DNA of 34,538 nucleotides from Candidatus Peregrinibacteria bacterium Greene1014_49 (GTDB lineage Bacteria; Patescibacteriota; Gracilibacteria; Peribacterales; Peribacteraceae). Below are positions 1-9,321 of this stretch, in pieces; position 1 is the first letter of the stretch, and every line of letters begins with the position of its first letter. The notes under the pieces were generated by a model. That model was not told the DNA's origin and did no database searches. It saw only the letters and a list, made by a program, of their open reading frames with translations. Position numbers and translations under genes: made by a program. The stretch is taken from positions 1 through 34,538 of the forward strand of contig VMGQ01000002.1 of NCBI GenBank assembly GCA_007376635.1, given 5' to 3'.

Positions 1-1
1 C

Positions 2-979
2 GAGCCATATACGGGCAACGCCACGACTGCGAGAAGAATAGCGGGGTATCTCCAGAGCCACGGGCACACGGTTACTCTACTCGATACCCGGAAGGCAAGC
101 GCCGATAGCGTCCGAACGATGATAGAGGGGTCGAATATTGATGCCGTACTCGGCATTCACGCTCTCGGCGCAGGCAGACTGCTTTTCGATCTCCCCATCC
201 CCACGGTCATCATTTTTGGCGGCACGGATCTGAACGAACATGCACGGAACCCCAGAGATCTGCAAACCATGACAGAGGCCGTAGAACATGCATGCGCTCT
301 CGTTGCCTTCACGGAAGATGCTCGCCAGCGCGCAGAAAACCTGTGGCCCGAATGCAAACAGAAAATCCGCGTCATCCCCCAGGGAGTCCTCACACACCCC
401 TCGGCATTTTCGCTCCGCAAAGCCATCGGTCTGCGTGATGACGACATCCTCTTTCTCCTGCCGGCAGGATTGCGACCCGTGAAAGATCCACTGATGCTCG
501 TCGAAGAGATTGCGCAATGGCACAGAGAAAATCCGCGGGTACACCTTGTGATCATTGGCGCGGATCGCGATCCCACATATGCACAAAAATGCAGACACAT
601 CGCCATGGCGCTTCCAGGCATTCAGATCCTCCCCCCTATCCCCGCAGATGATCTCCATGCTGCCATGAAAGAATCCAATGCCATTCTGAACTCCTCTCAT
701 AGCGAAGGCCTCTGCAATACCCTTCTCGAAGCCATGCATGTCGGGACACCCGTGCTGGCACGAGATATCCCGGGCAACCGCGCGCTCGTTGCCCACAGAG
801 AAACCGGCATGCTCTTTGCAACGCCGGAAGAGTTCAGTGCGTGTGCAATGCAACTGCGCAACGACTCTGTGCTCAGAACGCACATCATCACGAGTGCCCG
901 AAAGATGGTCGAAACGGAATATGCACCAGATCGCGAGGCGGAAGCCTATGCAAAGCTGTTCTCGGAATTGAGCTGGTAG
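2..979 (+). CDS. GT4 (GT-B) glycosyltransferase, GLT1D1/TIGR04348-like; 5' end lies outside the window
   Basis: Frame is open from base 2 (EPYTGNATTARRIAGYLQSHGH) into the 119..979 ORF; GGTDLN, GLRPVKDP and NSSHSEGLCNTLLEAM (Ex7E) motifs. Confidence 0.85.
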   Translation, partial: EPYTGNATTARRIAGYLQSHGHTVTLLDTRKASADSVRTMIEGSNIDAVLGIHALGAGRLLFDLPIPTVIIFGGTDLNEHARNPRDLQTMTEAVEHACALVAFTEDARQRAENLWPECKQKIRVIPQGVLTHPSAFSLRKAIGLRDDDILFLLPAGLRPVKDPLMLVEEIAQWHRENPRVHLVIIGADRDPTYAQKCRHIAMALPGIQILPPIPADDLHAAMKESNAILNSSHSEGLCNTLLEAMHVGTPVLARDIPGNRALVAHRETGMLFATPEEFSACAMQLRNDSVLRTHIITSARKMVETEYAPDREAEAYAKLFSELSW

Positions 980-1001
980 GGTTTGGGGATTTGTAATAGT
1001 T

Positions 1002-1110
1002 CCCCCTCCACCCCTCACCCCTCCTCCACGGGGGAATAATCTTGCTTCTTCACTCGTAAAGCAGAGCTCCCCTTCCTCCCGTGGAGGAAGGGGTCGGGGG
1101 ATGGAGGAGT
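1002..1110. repeat. Inverted-repeat element (MITE/REP-doublet-like), copy 1, internally shortened
   Basis: CCTCCACCCC...CCTCCTCCACGGG left arm and CCCCTTCCTCCCGTGGAGGAAGGGGTCGGGGGATGGAGGAG right arm shared with copies at 4247, 23142 and 24644. Confidence 0.85.
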
Positions 1111-1113
1111 TTT

Positions 1114-1725
1114 TCACTTCTTCGCAAACTCTGCATCAGAAGACAATCTCGATTCTTCCGGCAGCACCTGATGCTGATACTTGCTTCCTGGTTTCTTGTG
1201 ATACGGCATATCAGCGGGGCTACTCATCATTTCAAACGCCAGCTGGCAGATGCGCATACCCGGGTACAATGCCACCGGTAAGCGGTTTAAGTTACTGATC
1301 TCGAGCGTGATCGTGCCAGAGAATCCCGGATCCACAAAACCTGCTGTGGAGTGGATGATGATCCCCAGGCGCCCGAGCGAACTTCTGCCTTCCACACGAA
1401 CCACGAGATCATCGGGAACTGTGATTGTTTCCTGCGTGACTCCGAGTACGAATTCCCCGGGCTGCACAATGAACGATTCACCGTCGGGAATCGTGATCGT
1501 GCGCATATTGCCGGCAAAGCTCTCCGGATTTTTGGGATCGAGGACAGCAAATCTGCTGTGCTCATAGAGCTTGAATGTGGGACCCAGCCGAAGATCAAGA
1601 GACGATGCGTGAATGCGGGTAAAGAGTTCTGCCTGCGTCTCTTCGGGCGTAAGAGCACTGCTAAACGTGATCTTCACTCTGCCCGAAGCAACGGCCGCTT
1701 TTATGTCACGATCCGAAAGAATCAT
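1114..1725 (-). CDS. dcd: dCTP deaminase
   Basis: MILSDRDI start, SLDLRLG, EGRSSLGRLG, AGFVDPGFSGTITLE, PGMRICQL motifs. Confidence 0.95.
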   Translation of the reverse strand: MILSDRDIKAAVASGRVKITFSSALTPEETQAELFTRIHASSLDLRLGPTFKLYEHSRFAVLDPKNPESFAGNMRTITIPDGESFIVQPGEFVLGVTQETITVPDDLVVRVEGRSSLGRLGIIIHSTAGFVDPGFSGTITLEISNLNRLPVALYPGMRICQLAFEMMSSPADMPYHKKPGSKYQHQVLPEESRLSSDAEFAKK

Positions 1726-1774
1726 GTCCGTAGGATAAAGAGGAACCAGCCAAGATGAAAGAGGAAAGGCATCC

Positions 1775-1803
1775 GTAGAGACGTACCGGTGGTACGTCTC
1801 TAG
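1775..1803. repeat. GTAG-type REP-like palindrome
   Basis: G-TAGAGACGTACC-ggt-GGTACGTCTCTA: 12-bp perfect stem starting with GTAG, between divergent genes. Confidence 0.65.
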
Positions 1804-1879
1804 ATGTGCATGTAAAAATAGAATGAAATCCAGCTAAAAAAATTGCCCTTATCCCGAGAAGGCACGAAAATAGTGACCT

Positions 1880-3616
1880 ATGGCAGCACGTTCAATGGTC
1901 GGCACAGAAACGCCCTCTCACTTGAAAATCTATCGAGGCGAAGAGGGTGATGATGGAACGGACAACGTGGATAACGGCACACGCCGTTCCATTCGTGATA
2001 AAGCTCGAGAGCGGTGCATGCGGGCACTCGAAAGCGGACTTTCGGGATCACGAGCATGGACGCAGAGAGACTCTCGGGAATTCCGCTCTGAAAATCTCTC
2101 GGATCGCGCGCTTTCTCTCGTGGGCATTGTCACCCACGAAGAGCAATTGCGCGCGATTCTCGAAAATGAATCCCAGCATATTCCCAATATCATCAGCAAA
2201 ATCCACAGTTTGGAACCGCAGTTTCGAGCGCAGATTACCGAAGCAAGAAGCAGAGGATGGATCAGCGAGCGCAGTGCCTCTGGATGGATCGCCCGCCTGG
2301 AAGATTCTGCAACCCCATGGTGGAAGAAAGATATCTTCATCCGGGAAAAATTCCCTGCCTATCAACGCAATTGGGAAAAACTGGGTGAAGATGAGGAAAA
2401 AGTGCAGAAGATCTGTGCTCAGAAAGGCATCAAACCCACGGATCTCCGCGAAGTCGGGGTACTCTCAGCGCACGGTTTCAAGGATGCGACGTATCTGTTT
2501 CGGCGCGGTGCGGTCGACAAAGCACTTGCAGCAATCGCAGCAGTCGGAACAAACCGCAAAGATCTTTATGATGAAGCCAAGCACATGCTCAACCAAGCCG
2601 TCGCCGATGATGCACTCTCGAAAGCAAAGATTGGCACATGGCTCCGGCGCATCTTCGAAAGTAATGCGGATCCCAAAAAGATCGAAGAGTTCGTAATGGG
2701 AAAAGGCACGATGCCGCTCCCGACTTTGATCTGGCAATGGCGCAAAGCCTCCCTCGAGTTCGACAAACTGGAGGCTCGCATTACCAAGGAAGGAAAACCT
2801 CCGAGTTTCACCTTCATGACAAAAAAGAGATTCCTCGATATGCACTACGAAAGCCGCATGGCCTATCTGCAGGAAGCGGAGTACCGCATGAAAGACACAC
2901 AGCTTGCGGCCATTCATCCTCTTCTTCTCGATATCCGCCGCGAAATCGACGCCAAAGACTGGGGCTCAGCCGAGTACCTCATGATCCGCGCGCGGGCATT
3001 AGGTCTTTCCCCGAAGGATCAGGCCAAGCTCGCCTCCATGGAACGCCATATGAACGCACAACGGAGTGAACAAGGTGGCAAAAGCCATGAGGGTACCGGA
3101 GATCCACACGTGGAGCTGGAAGCACTCTTGGCTCAAGTCCCGGCATCCGTCCAGCCCCTCTTCCGAGCCGCAATCGATCGGGGAGAGAGTGTCATGCGCT
3201 GCCTCAAATCCCTCTGGTTTAACCGCGATTGGTGCCGCAAGCACGGTCATCTCGATGACCAAAAGGAGGAAATTCTCCGACAACGTTCGGAGCGTGATAC
3301 GCAGAAAGTCCTCCATGAAGGGCATGGCAAAGGATACGAAAATATTTCCACACGTCACGGTAAACCAGCCGTACGCAAATACCATGATGGAGAGTGGGCG
3401 CCGCAGGTGCTGCACTACTCGACTGATATGTGCGATTCGCTCGTTGAAGATATCACGACCGGAAAAGACAATTACGCATTCAAGTACTGGACCACGCTCG
3501 TTCCTAAGGGTGTAGATTTCGGGACGCATACATACGTTCTTCATAGCATTTTCCCCCGGATGATGCAGTGCGTGCGACGCATTGATGAGGCGCAGGGCAA
3601 AGCAAAAGCAGCCTAA
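1880..3616 (+). CDS. Hypothetical protein, 578 aa, charged and probably helical
   Basis: Long ORF that fills the gap between neighbours without overlap; no motif recognised. Confidence 0.8.
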   Translation: MAARSMVGTETPSHLKIYRGEEGDDGTDNVDNGTRRSIRDKARERCMRALESGLSGSRAWTQRDSREFRSENLSDRALSLVGIVTHEEQLRAILENESQHIPNIISKIHSLEPQFRAQITEARSRGWISERSASGWIARLEDSATPWWKKDIFIREKFPAYQRNWEKLGEDEEKVQKICAQKGIKPTDLREVGVLSAHGFKDATYLFRRGAVDKALAAIAAVGTNRKDLYDEAKHMLNQAVADDALSKAKIGTWLRRIFESNADPKKIEEFVMGKGTMPLPTLIWQWRKASLEFDKLEARITKEGKPPSFTFMTKKRFLDMHYESRMAYLQEAEYRMKDTQLAAIHPLLLDIRREIDAKDWGSAEYLMIRARALGLSPKDQAKLASMERHMNAQRSEQGGKSHEGTGDPHVELEALLAQVPASVQPLFRAAIDRGESVMRCLKSLWFNRDWCRKHGHLDDQKEEILRQRSERDTQKVLHEGHGKGYENISTRHGKPAVRKYHDGEWAPQVLHYSTDMCDSLVEDITTGKDNYAFKYWTTLVPKGVDFGTHTYVLHSIFPRMMQCVRRIDEAQGKAKAA

Positions 3617-3657
3617 GCGCTTGCTCGAGCGCTCTAATCGGCTACAATTTCTTCCCC

Positions 3658-4242
3658 ATGCGCCGTACTCCCTTCGTCACTGGTCTACTATTGCTTACCG
3701 CCCTTACTGGCTGCAACGGTGGTGGAAGCGCAGTTACCATAAAGGAGCGACTGAGAAACCCCTTGTTTGCCGAGCGGTACGCTGAGGCCATGGTCGACAG
3801 ACTCGTGGAATTGGACATCGCGAATGACCCCATTATGGAAGATGCCGGAAAAAAGGCGTTTGTCGATGAGCAACGCAAACATTGGTTGGAAGTTGCGCGC
3901 GAAGGCCGGCAGAGGCAGCGGCTCGGTACGCAGGGCAACATGATAATGATCGGCGAATACACAAAAGGAGACATTCTCTATCTGGATAATCTTCTCTACT
4001 TTGGCACCCTCTTTGAGATCGATCCGCTTCCTTCGATCTCTGTCTTCCTCACATCAGTTGTGGATCCGCGCGATGTCGTATTCCCTGATGAAACTGCTAT
4101 GGATTTGGGTCCACTGCAATCCGCTTATGGCGCGCAAACCTACGATGTCCCTGCCGTAGAAAACCCCCTCCTCTATCGCACAGTGGTACTGTGGGACACG
4201 GAACTCGGGAGGCTGCATTCGTTTGCACAGCTGGGGAAATAG
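3658..4242 (+). CDS. Lipoprotein with C-terminal DM13-like domain
   Basis: Lipobox ALTGC; DLGPLQ..GAQTYDVP...YRTVVLW resembles DM13. Confidence 0.7.
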   Translation: MRRTPFVTGLLLLTALTGCNGGGSAVTIKERLRNPLFAERYAEAMVDRLVELDIANDPIMEDAGKKAFVDEQRKHWLEVAREGRQRQRLGTQGNMIMIGEYTKGDILYLDNLLYFGTLFEIDPLPSISVFLTSVVDPRDVVFPDETAMDLGPLQSAYGAQTYDVPAVENPLLYRTVVLWDTELGRLHSFAQLGK

Positions 4243-4246
4243 GTTT

Positions 4247-4394
4247 CTCCTCCACCCCTACCCCCTCCTCCACGGGAGGAGGGGAATGTTTGTTGTGTGT
4301 TGTATGCATGCAATATCGAAGATTGTTGCTTGTTCACTCCGATAAAAGTGCTCCCCTTCCTCTCGTGGAGGAAGGGGCCGGGGGGATGGAGGAG
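4247..4394. repeat. Inverted-repeat element, copy 2
   Basis: CTCCTCCACCCCTACCCCCTCCTCCACGGGAGGAGGGG ... CCCCTTCCTCTCGTGGAGGAAGGGGCCGGGGGGATGGAGGAG. Confidence 0.9.
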
Positions 4395-4398
4395 GGCT

Positions 4399-4989
4399 TC
4401 ATAATCTCTGCATCACCCCTCCGAGCGCTTCCTCAATCGCTGCAGAAAGCGTATCGAAGCCGCTCTCGACTTTTTTGCCATTCACAAAGTACGTCGGCGT
4501 TCCAGTAACACCGAGCTCTTGACCTTCCTCGTAATCTGCAAGAACGGTACTACGCTTGATTTTCGTCTGCATACAGCGATCGAAGAGATCCTGATCCAAT
4601 CCGAGAGCTTTTGCCCAAACGGAGAGCTGATCAAGATCGAGCTTTTTCTGTTCGGCATAAACCTGATCGACATACTCCCAAAATTTTCCCTGATCTGCGC
4701 TGCACTCGCTGGCCATCGCAGCCTCGAGAGCGTAGCGATGCAACGACCGAAGCGGGAAATGCTTGAAGGTAAACCGGATCTGCGTTCCATACTTCTCCAG
4801 AAGCGGAGTCGTGATCTGGCTATGAGCTGACTGGCAAGCCGGACATTGCAAGTCTGCAAACTCCACCACCGTCACTGCGGCAGAGGGATTTCCTTTGGAT
4901 CCACGAGAGGATTTCTCAGAAAGTCCTGTCGTATCGGTACAGGCAACGAGAGCCAGAGTAGCTGCTGCGAGGGCAAGAAAGCGTTTCAT
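4399..4989 (-). CDS. DsbA-family thiol-disulfide oxidoreductase (lipoprotein)
   Basis: EFADLQCPAC, KHFPL, GVTGTPTYFVNG; MKRFLALAAATLALVAC signal and lipobox fix the start at 4989. Confidence 0.9.
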   Translation of the reverse strand: MKRFLALAAATLALVACTDTTGLSEKSSRGSKGNPSAAVTVVEFADLQCPACQSAHSQITTPLLEKYGTQIRFTFKHFPLRSLHRYALEAAMASECSADQGKFWEYVDQVYAEQKKLDLDQLSVWAKALGLDQDLFDRCMQTKIKRSTVLADYEEGQELGVTGTPTYFVNGKKVESGFDTLSAAIEEALGGVMQRL

Positions 4990-5057
4990 GGAAGTGTTGA
5001 GGAATGTATACGACAATCATAGAGATTCTCTAGGCATCGCGCTATACTTTCCATCCC

Positions 5058-6548
5058 ATGTCGCTCTATAGAAAATACCGTCCCCTCTCCTTCGCTGATG
5101 TCGTCGGTCAGGATCACATCGTAACCACTCTCGAGCAGGCAGCACGGCTCGATAAGCTCTCGCATGCATATCTCTTTGCTGGAGGCCGGGGAACTGGAAA
5201 AACTTCGGTCGCCCGCATCCTCGCAAAAATCATCATGATCCGCGGCATCGAAGACGAGAGAATCCAACAACAAATTATCAAAGGAGTGGAGGAGGGATCC
5301 ATCGTCGATCTGCTCGAAATCGACGCTGCGAGTAACACCGGCGTCGATAACATCCGTGACTTGATCGAGAAGATCCAATTTTCGCCGGTAGCCGCAGGAG
5401 CGAAGGTCTATATCATCGATGAAGTGCACATGCTCTCGAAGGGGGCATTTAATGCGCTGCTTAAAACGCTTGAGGAACCTCCACCGTATGCTTTCTTCAT
5501 CCTCGCGACGACGGAGCTGCAAAAAATTCCCGCAACGATCCAATCGCGCTGCCAATGCTTCCCCTTCCGCAGTATCCGCGAAGAAGACATCGTGCGCCGC
5601 CTCCAGTACATCGCAGATCAGGAACGACTGACCATTGACCGTGAAGCTGTCCGCGTCATTGCGCGTCATGGCGGCGGAGCACTCAGAGACGCCATATCTC
5701 TCCTCGACCAGTTGCGATCTCTTCCAAAAATCACCGTGGAAGACGTTCTCGAGCGAGTCGGTGGAACGAGAGAGGAGGAAGTACAGGCGGTACTTGCAGC
5801 AATCGATGCCGGCGACAGGAGCGGCATCATCGACATTGTCCGGCGGGTGGAAGAAGCGGGCACCGCTCTCGACGGCTTTCTTCGTCAGATTCTCGGTGCA
5901 CTAAGGACTGCTATGCACGGGGCCATTGAGAGAAAAGAGCCCATTGATCAATCGCTCGCCATGATGGACGCACTTCTCCATGCCATCCGCGATGTGCGCA
6001 TTGCTCCGGTTCCGGGATTGATTTTGGAATCCGCGCTGCTGTCGCTCTGTAACAACACCGCTGCATCGGCATCAGGTCTAGCGAAACGTGAAGAAAAGCC
6101 GATAAAAGATAAGGCCGTACCGCAGAAAGAGGGATCGACGGAAACCGCACGTGAGCATGCTCCCGCTGCAATAAAAGACGACGAAGCAAAGGCGCCGACA
6201 CCCACTGCAGCCACCATTGAAGCGCCCGAAGTAACCATGGAATCCGTACAGAAATTCTGGGGAGAAGTGGTCAATGCAGCGAGTCCTCCTTCCGTAAAGA
6301 TGTCTCTGAAAAACGGCCGGATAACTTCTGTGCAAGACGGTAAAATTACTCTGGGATTCCCTTCCTCCTTCCATAAGGAAAAAGTTGCATCAACCGAAGC
6401 CAGCCGCAAGATTGAAGAAATCCTGGAAAAGATTTTCAAACGGCAATTACGATTGGTATGCGTTCTTGATGGACAGAAAGATCCGACAAAGGAAGAACCA
6501 CTACAGGAAGCAGTGAATCTGGCGGAAGCGGCAGCGGAGATATTTTAG
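5058..6548 (+). CDS. dnaX: DNA polymerase III subunit gamma/tau
   Basis: LYRKYRP, GGRGTGKTS Walker A, EIDAASN, IIDEVHML, FNALLKTLEEPP, SRC. Confidence 0.97.
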   Translation: MSLYRKYRPLSFADVVGQDHIVTTLEQAARLDKLSHAYLFAGGRGTGKTSVARILAKIIMIRGIEDERIQQQIIKGVEEGSIVDLLEIDAASNTGVDNIRDLIEKIQFSPVAAGAKVYIIDEVHMLSKGAFNALLKTLEEPPPYAFFILATTELQKIPATIQSRCQCFPFRSIREEDIVRRLQYIADQERLTIDREAVRVIARHGGGALRDAISLLDQLRSLPKITVEDVLERVGGTREEEVQAVLAAIDAGDRSGIIDIVRRVEEAGTALDGFLRQILGALRTAMHGAIERKEPIDQSLAMMDALLHAIRDVRIAPVPGLILESALLSLCNNTAASASGLAKREEKPIKDKAVPQKEGSTETAREHAPAAIKDDEAKAPTPTAATIEAPEVTMESVQKFWGEVVNAASPPSVKMSLKNGRITSVQDGKITLGFPSSFHKEKVASTEASRKIEEILEKIFKRQLRLVCVLDGQKDPTKEEPLQEAVNLAEAAAEIF

Positions 6549-6561
6549 CTATACTCTCCTC

Positions 6562-7149
6562 ATGCACCTCTCCGACCAAAAATCTCAACTCCGCATCTCG
6601 ATTGACGAACGCCTCAAGCACCTCAATGAACAGGAGCGCTCCGCCGAAAGCCGTTCACTTTGTCGTAGGCTAACGGAAGGAATACCCACAGGAACTCCAA
6701 TATGCGCTTTTTTTCCGATGCGCTCCGAACCCGATATCACACCGTTTCTCGAAGAAGTACTCCACCGAGCTGATCCACTCTACCTCCCCTGTTTCGATGG
6801 AATACTCATCTTCCGACAAGCGACGGATCTTTCAATACTTGTTCGTGGGAAACTAGGAACGCTCGAACCTCCACCTACTGCCGCTACAATCGCAAATAGC
6901 AAATCGCAAATCGCAAATCGTCTTACAATCCTCGTCCCCGGCCGCGCCTTCGACCCCCACGGCAACCGCCTCGGCCGCGGCAACGGCGGCTACGACAAGT
7001 GGATCGCGGAAGCACGTAAAAAGGGCGTATCCATGCGATTGATTGGCGTTGCACTGGAATGTCAGATTGTGGATAGTGTGCCGGTGGAATCGCATGATGA
7101 AGGAATGGATGCCTTTGCAACGGCAAGGGGGATACATAAATGTACATAG
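6562..7149 (+). CDS. 5-formyltetrahydrofolate cyclo-ligase
   Basis: K..LR N-terminus, ILVPGRAFD..GNRLGRGNGGYDK, VPVESHD motifs. Confidence 0.93.
   Translation: MHLSDQKSQLRISIDERLKHLNEQERSAESRSLCRRLTEGIPTGTPICAFFPMRSEPDITPFLEEVLHRADPLYLPCFDGILIFRQATDLSILVRGKLGTLEPPPTAATIANSKSQIANRLTILVPGRAFDPHGNRLGRGNGGYDKWIAEARKKGVSMRLIGVALECQIVDSVPVESHDEGMDAFATARGIHKCT
6887..6921. repeat. 5 x 7-mer (AAATCGC-like) tandem array inside the cyclo-ligase gene
   Basis: caatcgc aaatagc aaatcgc aaatcgc aaatcgt; reading frame stays open (TIANSKSQIANR). Confidence 0.85.
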
Positions 7150-7240
7150 AAGCAAGAACCAATGAGGGAAGGGAAAATATGTACTTGCATAAAATGCAAA
7201 ACATTGATGTTGTGGAGGGGAAATGACGCTTACCACAGAG

Positions 7241-7268
7241 AAGGCCGACCGCTCAGGTCGGCCTTTTT
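7241..7268 (+). terminator. Intrinsic terminator
   Basis: AAGGCCGACC-gctca-GGTCGGCCTT followed by a T run. Confidence 0.8.
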
Positions 7269-7288
7269 CAGTGCTCGCTAAAACCATC

Positions 7289-7317
7289 TTGAATTGTGCA
7301 ACATAAACGGTTACAAT
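7289..7317 (+). promoter_or_regulatory. Sigma70-type promoter of the TA operon
   Basis: TTGAAT-N17-TACAAT, 6 nt before ATG 7324. Confidence 0.65.
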
Positions 7318-7323
7318 ATGTAC

Positions 7324-7608
7324 ATGAAGAAATCCTCCCCTGCCAATCTGCACATTCGTCTTCCTGCAAAACTCAAACGCGAAGCGGAAGCCGTACTCTC
7401 TGCTTTGGGGCTCGATACCTCCTCCGCTATCCGGCTGTTTTACGCGCAGATCGCGCTCAAGCAGACGTTACCATTTTCCCTGCCTGCCTTGCGCAAAGCC
7501 TCTCCGAAAACACGAAAAATTATTGCGCAAGCCCTGCGAGACAAGGACGCATTAGGCCCGTTTGATAATGCTGAAAGCGCACTCAAAGCTCTCTATGCCG
7601 CAGCTTAG
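7324..7608 (+). CDS. RelB/DinJ-family antitoxin
   Basis: IRLPAKLKREAEAVLSALGLDTSSAIRLFYAQIA...LPF ribbon-helix-helix pattern; overlaps the toxin gene. Confidence 0.9.
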   Translation: MKKSSPANLHIRLPAKLKREAEAVLSALGLDTSSAIRLFYAQIALKQTLPFSLPALRKASPKTRKIIAQALRDKDALGPFDNAESALKALYAAA

Positions 7609-7864
7609 ATTCTCCAAACGGTTTTGCAAGGATGTGCGGAAATGGAGAAAGTCCGGTCAGAATATGGCAGTGTTCGATGCATTCGTTGCAACCATCACAG
7701 AAACGTGGCCGCCACCGCCCAAATACGAACCGCATCTCCTTCTCGGTCCTTTTGAAGGAGTTTGGGACATCCACCTGCGACAAAACTGGGTCGTGCTTCT
7801 GCGATTCCAGGCGGGTACGGTCTTTTTCTTGAGAATGGGCACACACGCTGATCTGGGTTTATAG
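7595..7864 (+). CDS. YafQ/RelE-family mRNA interferase toxin
   Basis: SKRFCKDVRK...HLLLG..EGVWDIHLRQNWVVLL...RMGTHADL. Confidence 0.88.
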   Translation: MPQLRFSKRFCKDVRKWRKSGQNMAVFDAFVATITETWPPPPKYEPHLLLGPFEGVWDIHLRQNWVVLLRFQAGTVFFLRMGTHADLGL

Positions 7865-7909
7865 AAAATCCGACCTTGCGCACATCATTTGATCTTCTTC
7901 TTTTGGATT

Positions 7910-7945
7910 TGTTTGTATCTTGTCTCTTGTTTCTTGTATCTTTGT
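7910..7945. repeat. 7-mer (TTGTNTC) tandem array upstream of glyA
   Basis: ttgtatc ttgtctc ttgtttc ttgtatc. Confidence 0.75.
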
Positions 7946-7952
7946 TTCCCCT

Positions 7953-9218
7953 ATGTTCACCTACTCTGACCTCCGCGCCCAAGACCCCGCCGTTTTCTCC
8001 GCCCTTCAAGGCGAGATGAAGCGCCAAGCCGAAGGAGTTGAGCTCATAGCTTCAGAGAACTATGTTTCGCCCGCGGTGATGGAGACAATGGGAACCGTGT
8101 TCAATAATAAATACAGCGAAGGATACCCGGGTAAGCGTTACTACGCCGGACAGGAATTCACGGATCAGGTGGAAACACTCGCAATCGAACGCGCGAAGCA
8201 GCTCTTCCGCTGCGGCCACGCCAACGTCCAGCCGCACGCTGGGTGTCCTGCAAACGTTGCAATGTACTTTGCGCTTTTAGAGCCGGGTGACTGCGTCCTG
8301 GGAATGGATTTAAGTCACGGTGGGCACTTGAGCCACGGACATCCGGTCACATACCTCACAAAGATCTTCCGCTTCGTGCGCTACGGCATGAAAGACATCG
8401 AAACCGGCGAGATCGACTACGATGCGATGCGCGCAATGGCGAAGAAAGAGAAGCCGAAGATCTTGCTCGGCGGATTTTCCGCCTACCCCCGCGAACTCGA
8501 CTACGCGAAGATGAAGGCGATCGCCGATGAAGTTGGGGCAATCACCGTGATGGACATGGCGCATATAGCAGGACTCATCGCTGGAGGAGCACTGAAGAAT
8601 CCCTTCGACTATGGTTTTGACGTCGTCACCACGACAACCCATAAGACCCTCCGTGGTCCACGCGGCGGCATGATCCTCAGTAAAGATGCGGAGATCGGAA
8701 AGAAGATCGACAAATCCGTGTTCCCCGGCTTCCAAGGCGGCCCCATCATGCAAATGATTGCAGCGAAGGCAGTGGCCTTTGGAGAAGCGCTACGTCCAGA
8801 ATTCAAGGAATATGCAGCGCAGATTATCCGCAATAGTAAGCACCTTGCGCAGTATTTGATGGAACGCGGTGCGAAGCTGATCACGAACGGCACGGATAAC
8901 CACCTCATGCTTGTGGATTGCATCCAAAGCTGGGGCATTGCCGGCGGAGAGGTAGAAACCGTGCTCGACTCTGTCGGCATCACCCTCAACAAAAATTCCA
9001 TCCCGAATGATCAGAGAAAACCGATGGATCCTTCCGGCGTGCGCCTTGGAACGCCTGCTATCACCACGCGCGGCATGAAAGAGCGCGACATGGAAATTCT
9101 CGCCGACTTTATTCTGGCAACGATCGAGAGGCGTAGTGATGCAGCTGCGTTGAAGAATCTTGGTGCAGAAGTGAAGGCGTTTTGTCTGAAGTTCCCGGTT
9201 CCTGGCATCAAAGCCTGA
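7953..9218 (+). CDS. glyA: Serine hydroxymethyltransferase
   Basis: ELIASEN, NKYSEGYPGKRYY, HGGHLSHG, TTTTHKTLRGPRGG (PLP lysine). Confidence 0.98.
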   Translation: MFTYSDLRAQDPAVFSALQGEMKRQAEGVELIASENYVSPAVMETMGTVFNNKYSEGYPGKRYYAGQEFTDQVETLAIERAKQLFRCGHANVQPHAGCPANVAMYFALLEPGDCVLGMDLSHGGHLSHGHPVTYLTKIFRFVRYGMKDIETGEIDYDAMRAMAKKEKPKILLGGFSAYPRELDYAKMKAIADEVGAITVMDMAHIAGLIAGGALKNPFDYGFDVVTTTTHKTLRGPRGGMILSKDAEIGKKIDKSVFPGFQGGPIMQMIAAKAVAFGEALRPEFKEYAAQIIRNSKHLAQYLMERGAKLITNGTDNHLMLVDCIQSWGIAGGEVETVLDSVGITLNKNSIPNDQRKPMDPSGVRLGTPAITTRGMKERDMEILADFILATIERRSDAAALKNLGAEVKAFCLKFPVPGIKA

Positions 9219-9264
9219 TGGAGAGATCCATAAATATGGCTCTGTGATGACAAATACACAATAT

Positions 9265-9293
9265 TTGCATATTATTCATAAATATTATATAAT
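9265..9293 (+). promoter_or_regulatory. Sigma70-type promoter
   Basis: TTGCAT-N17-TATAAT in an AT-rich spacer. Confidence 0.65.
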
Positions 9294-9321
9294 AATACTA
9301 ATATCCAATTACTTTTCTTCT

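Noticed and set aside
77-1117. 346-aa minus-strand ORF and other long antisense or alternate-frame ORFs (e.g. 12454-13425, 21260-22075)
   Set aside because: They shadow well-supported genes and contain no recognisable motifs
7205-7268. ZTP riboswitch or 6S RNA next to folate genes
   Set aside because: GTGG/CCAC and GCCGACCG are suggestive, but the GUGACUGG and GCCUGGGC elements are absent; too short and on the wrong side of the cyclo-ligase for 6S
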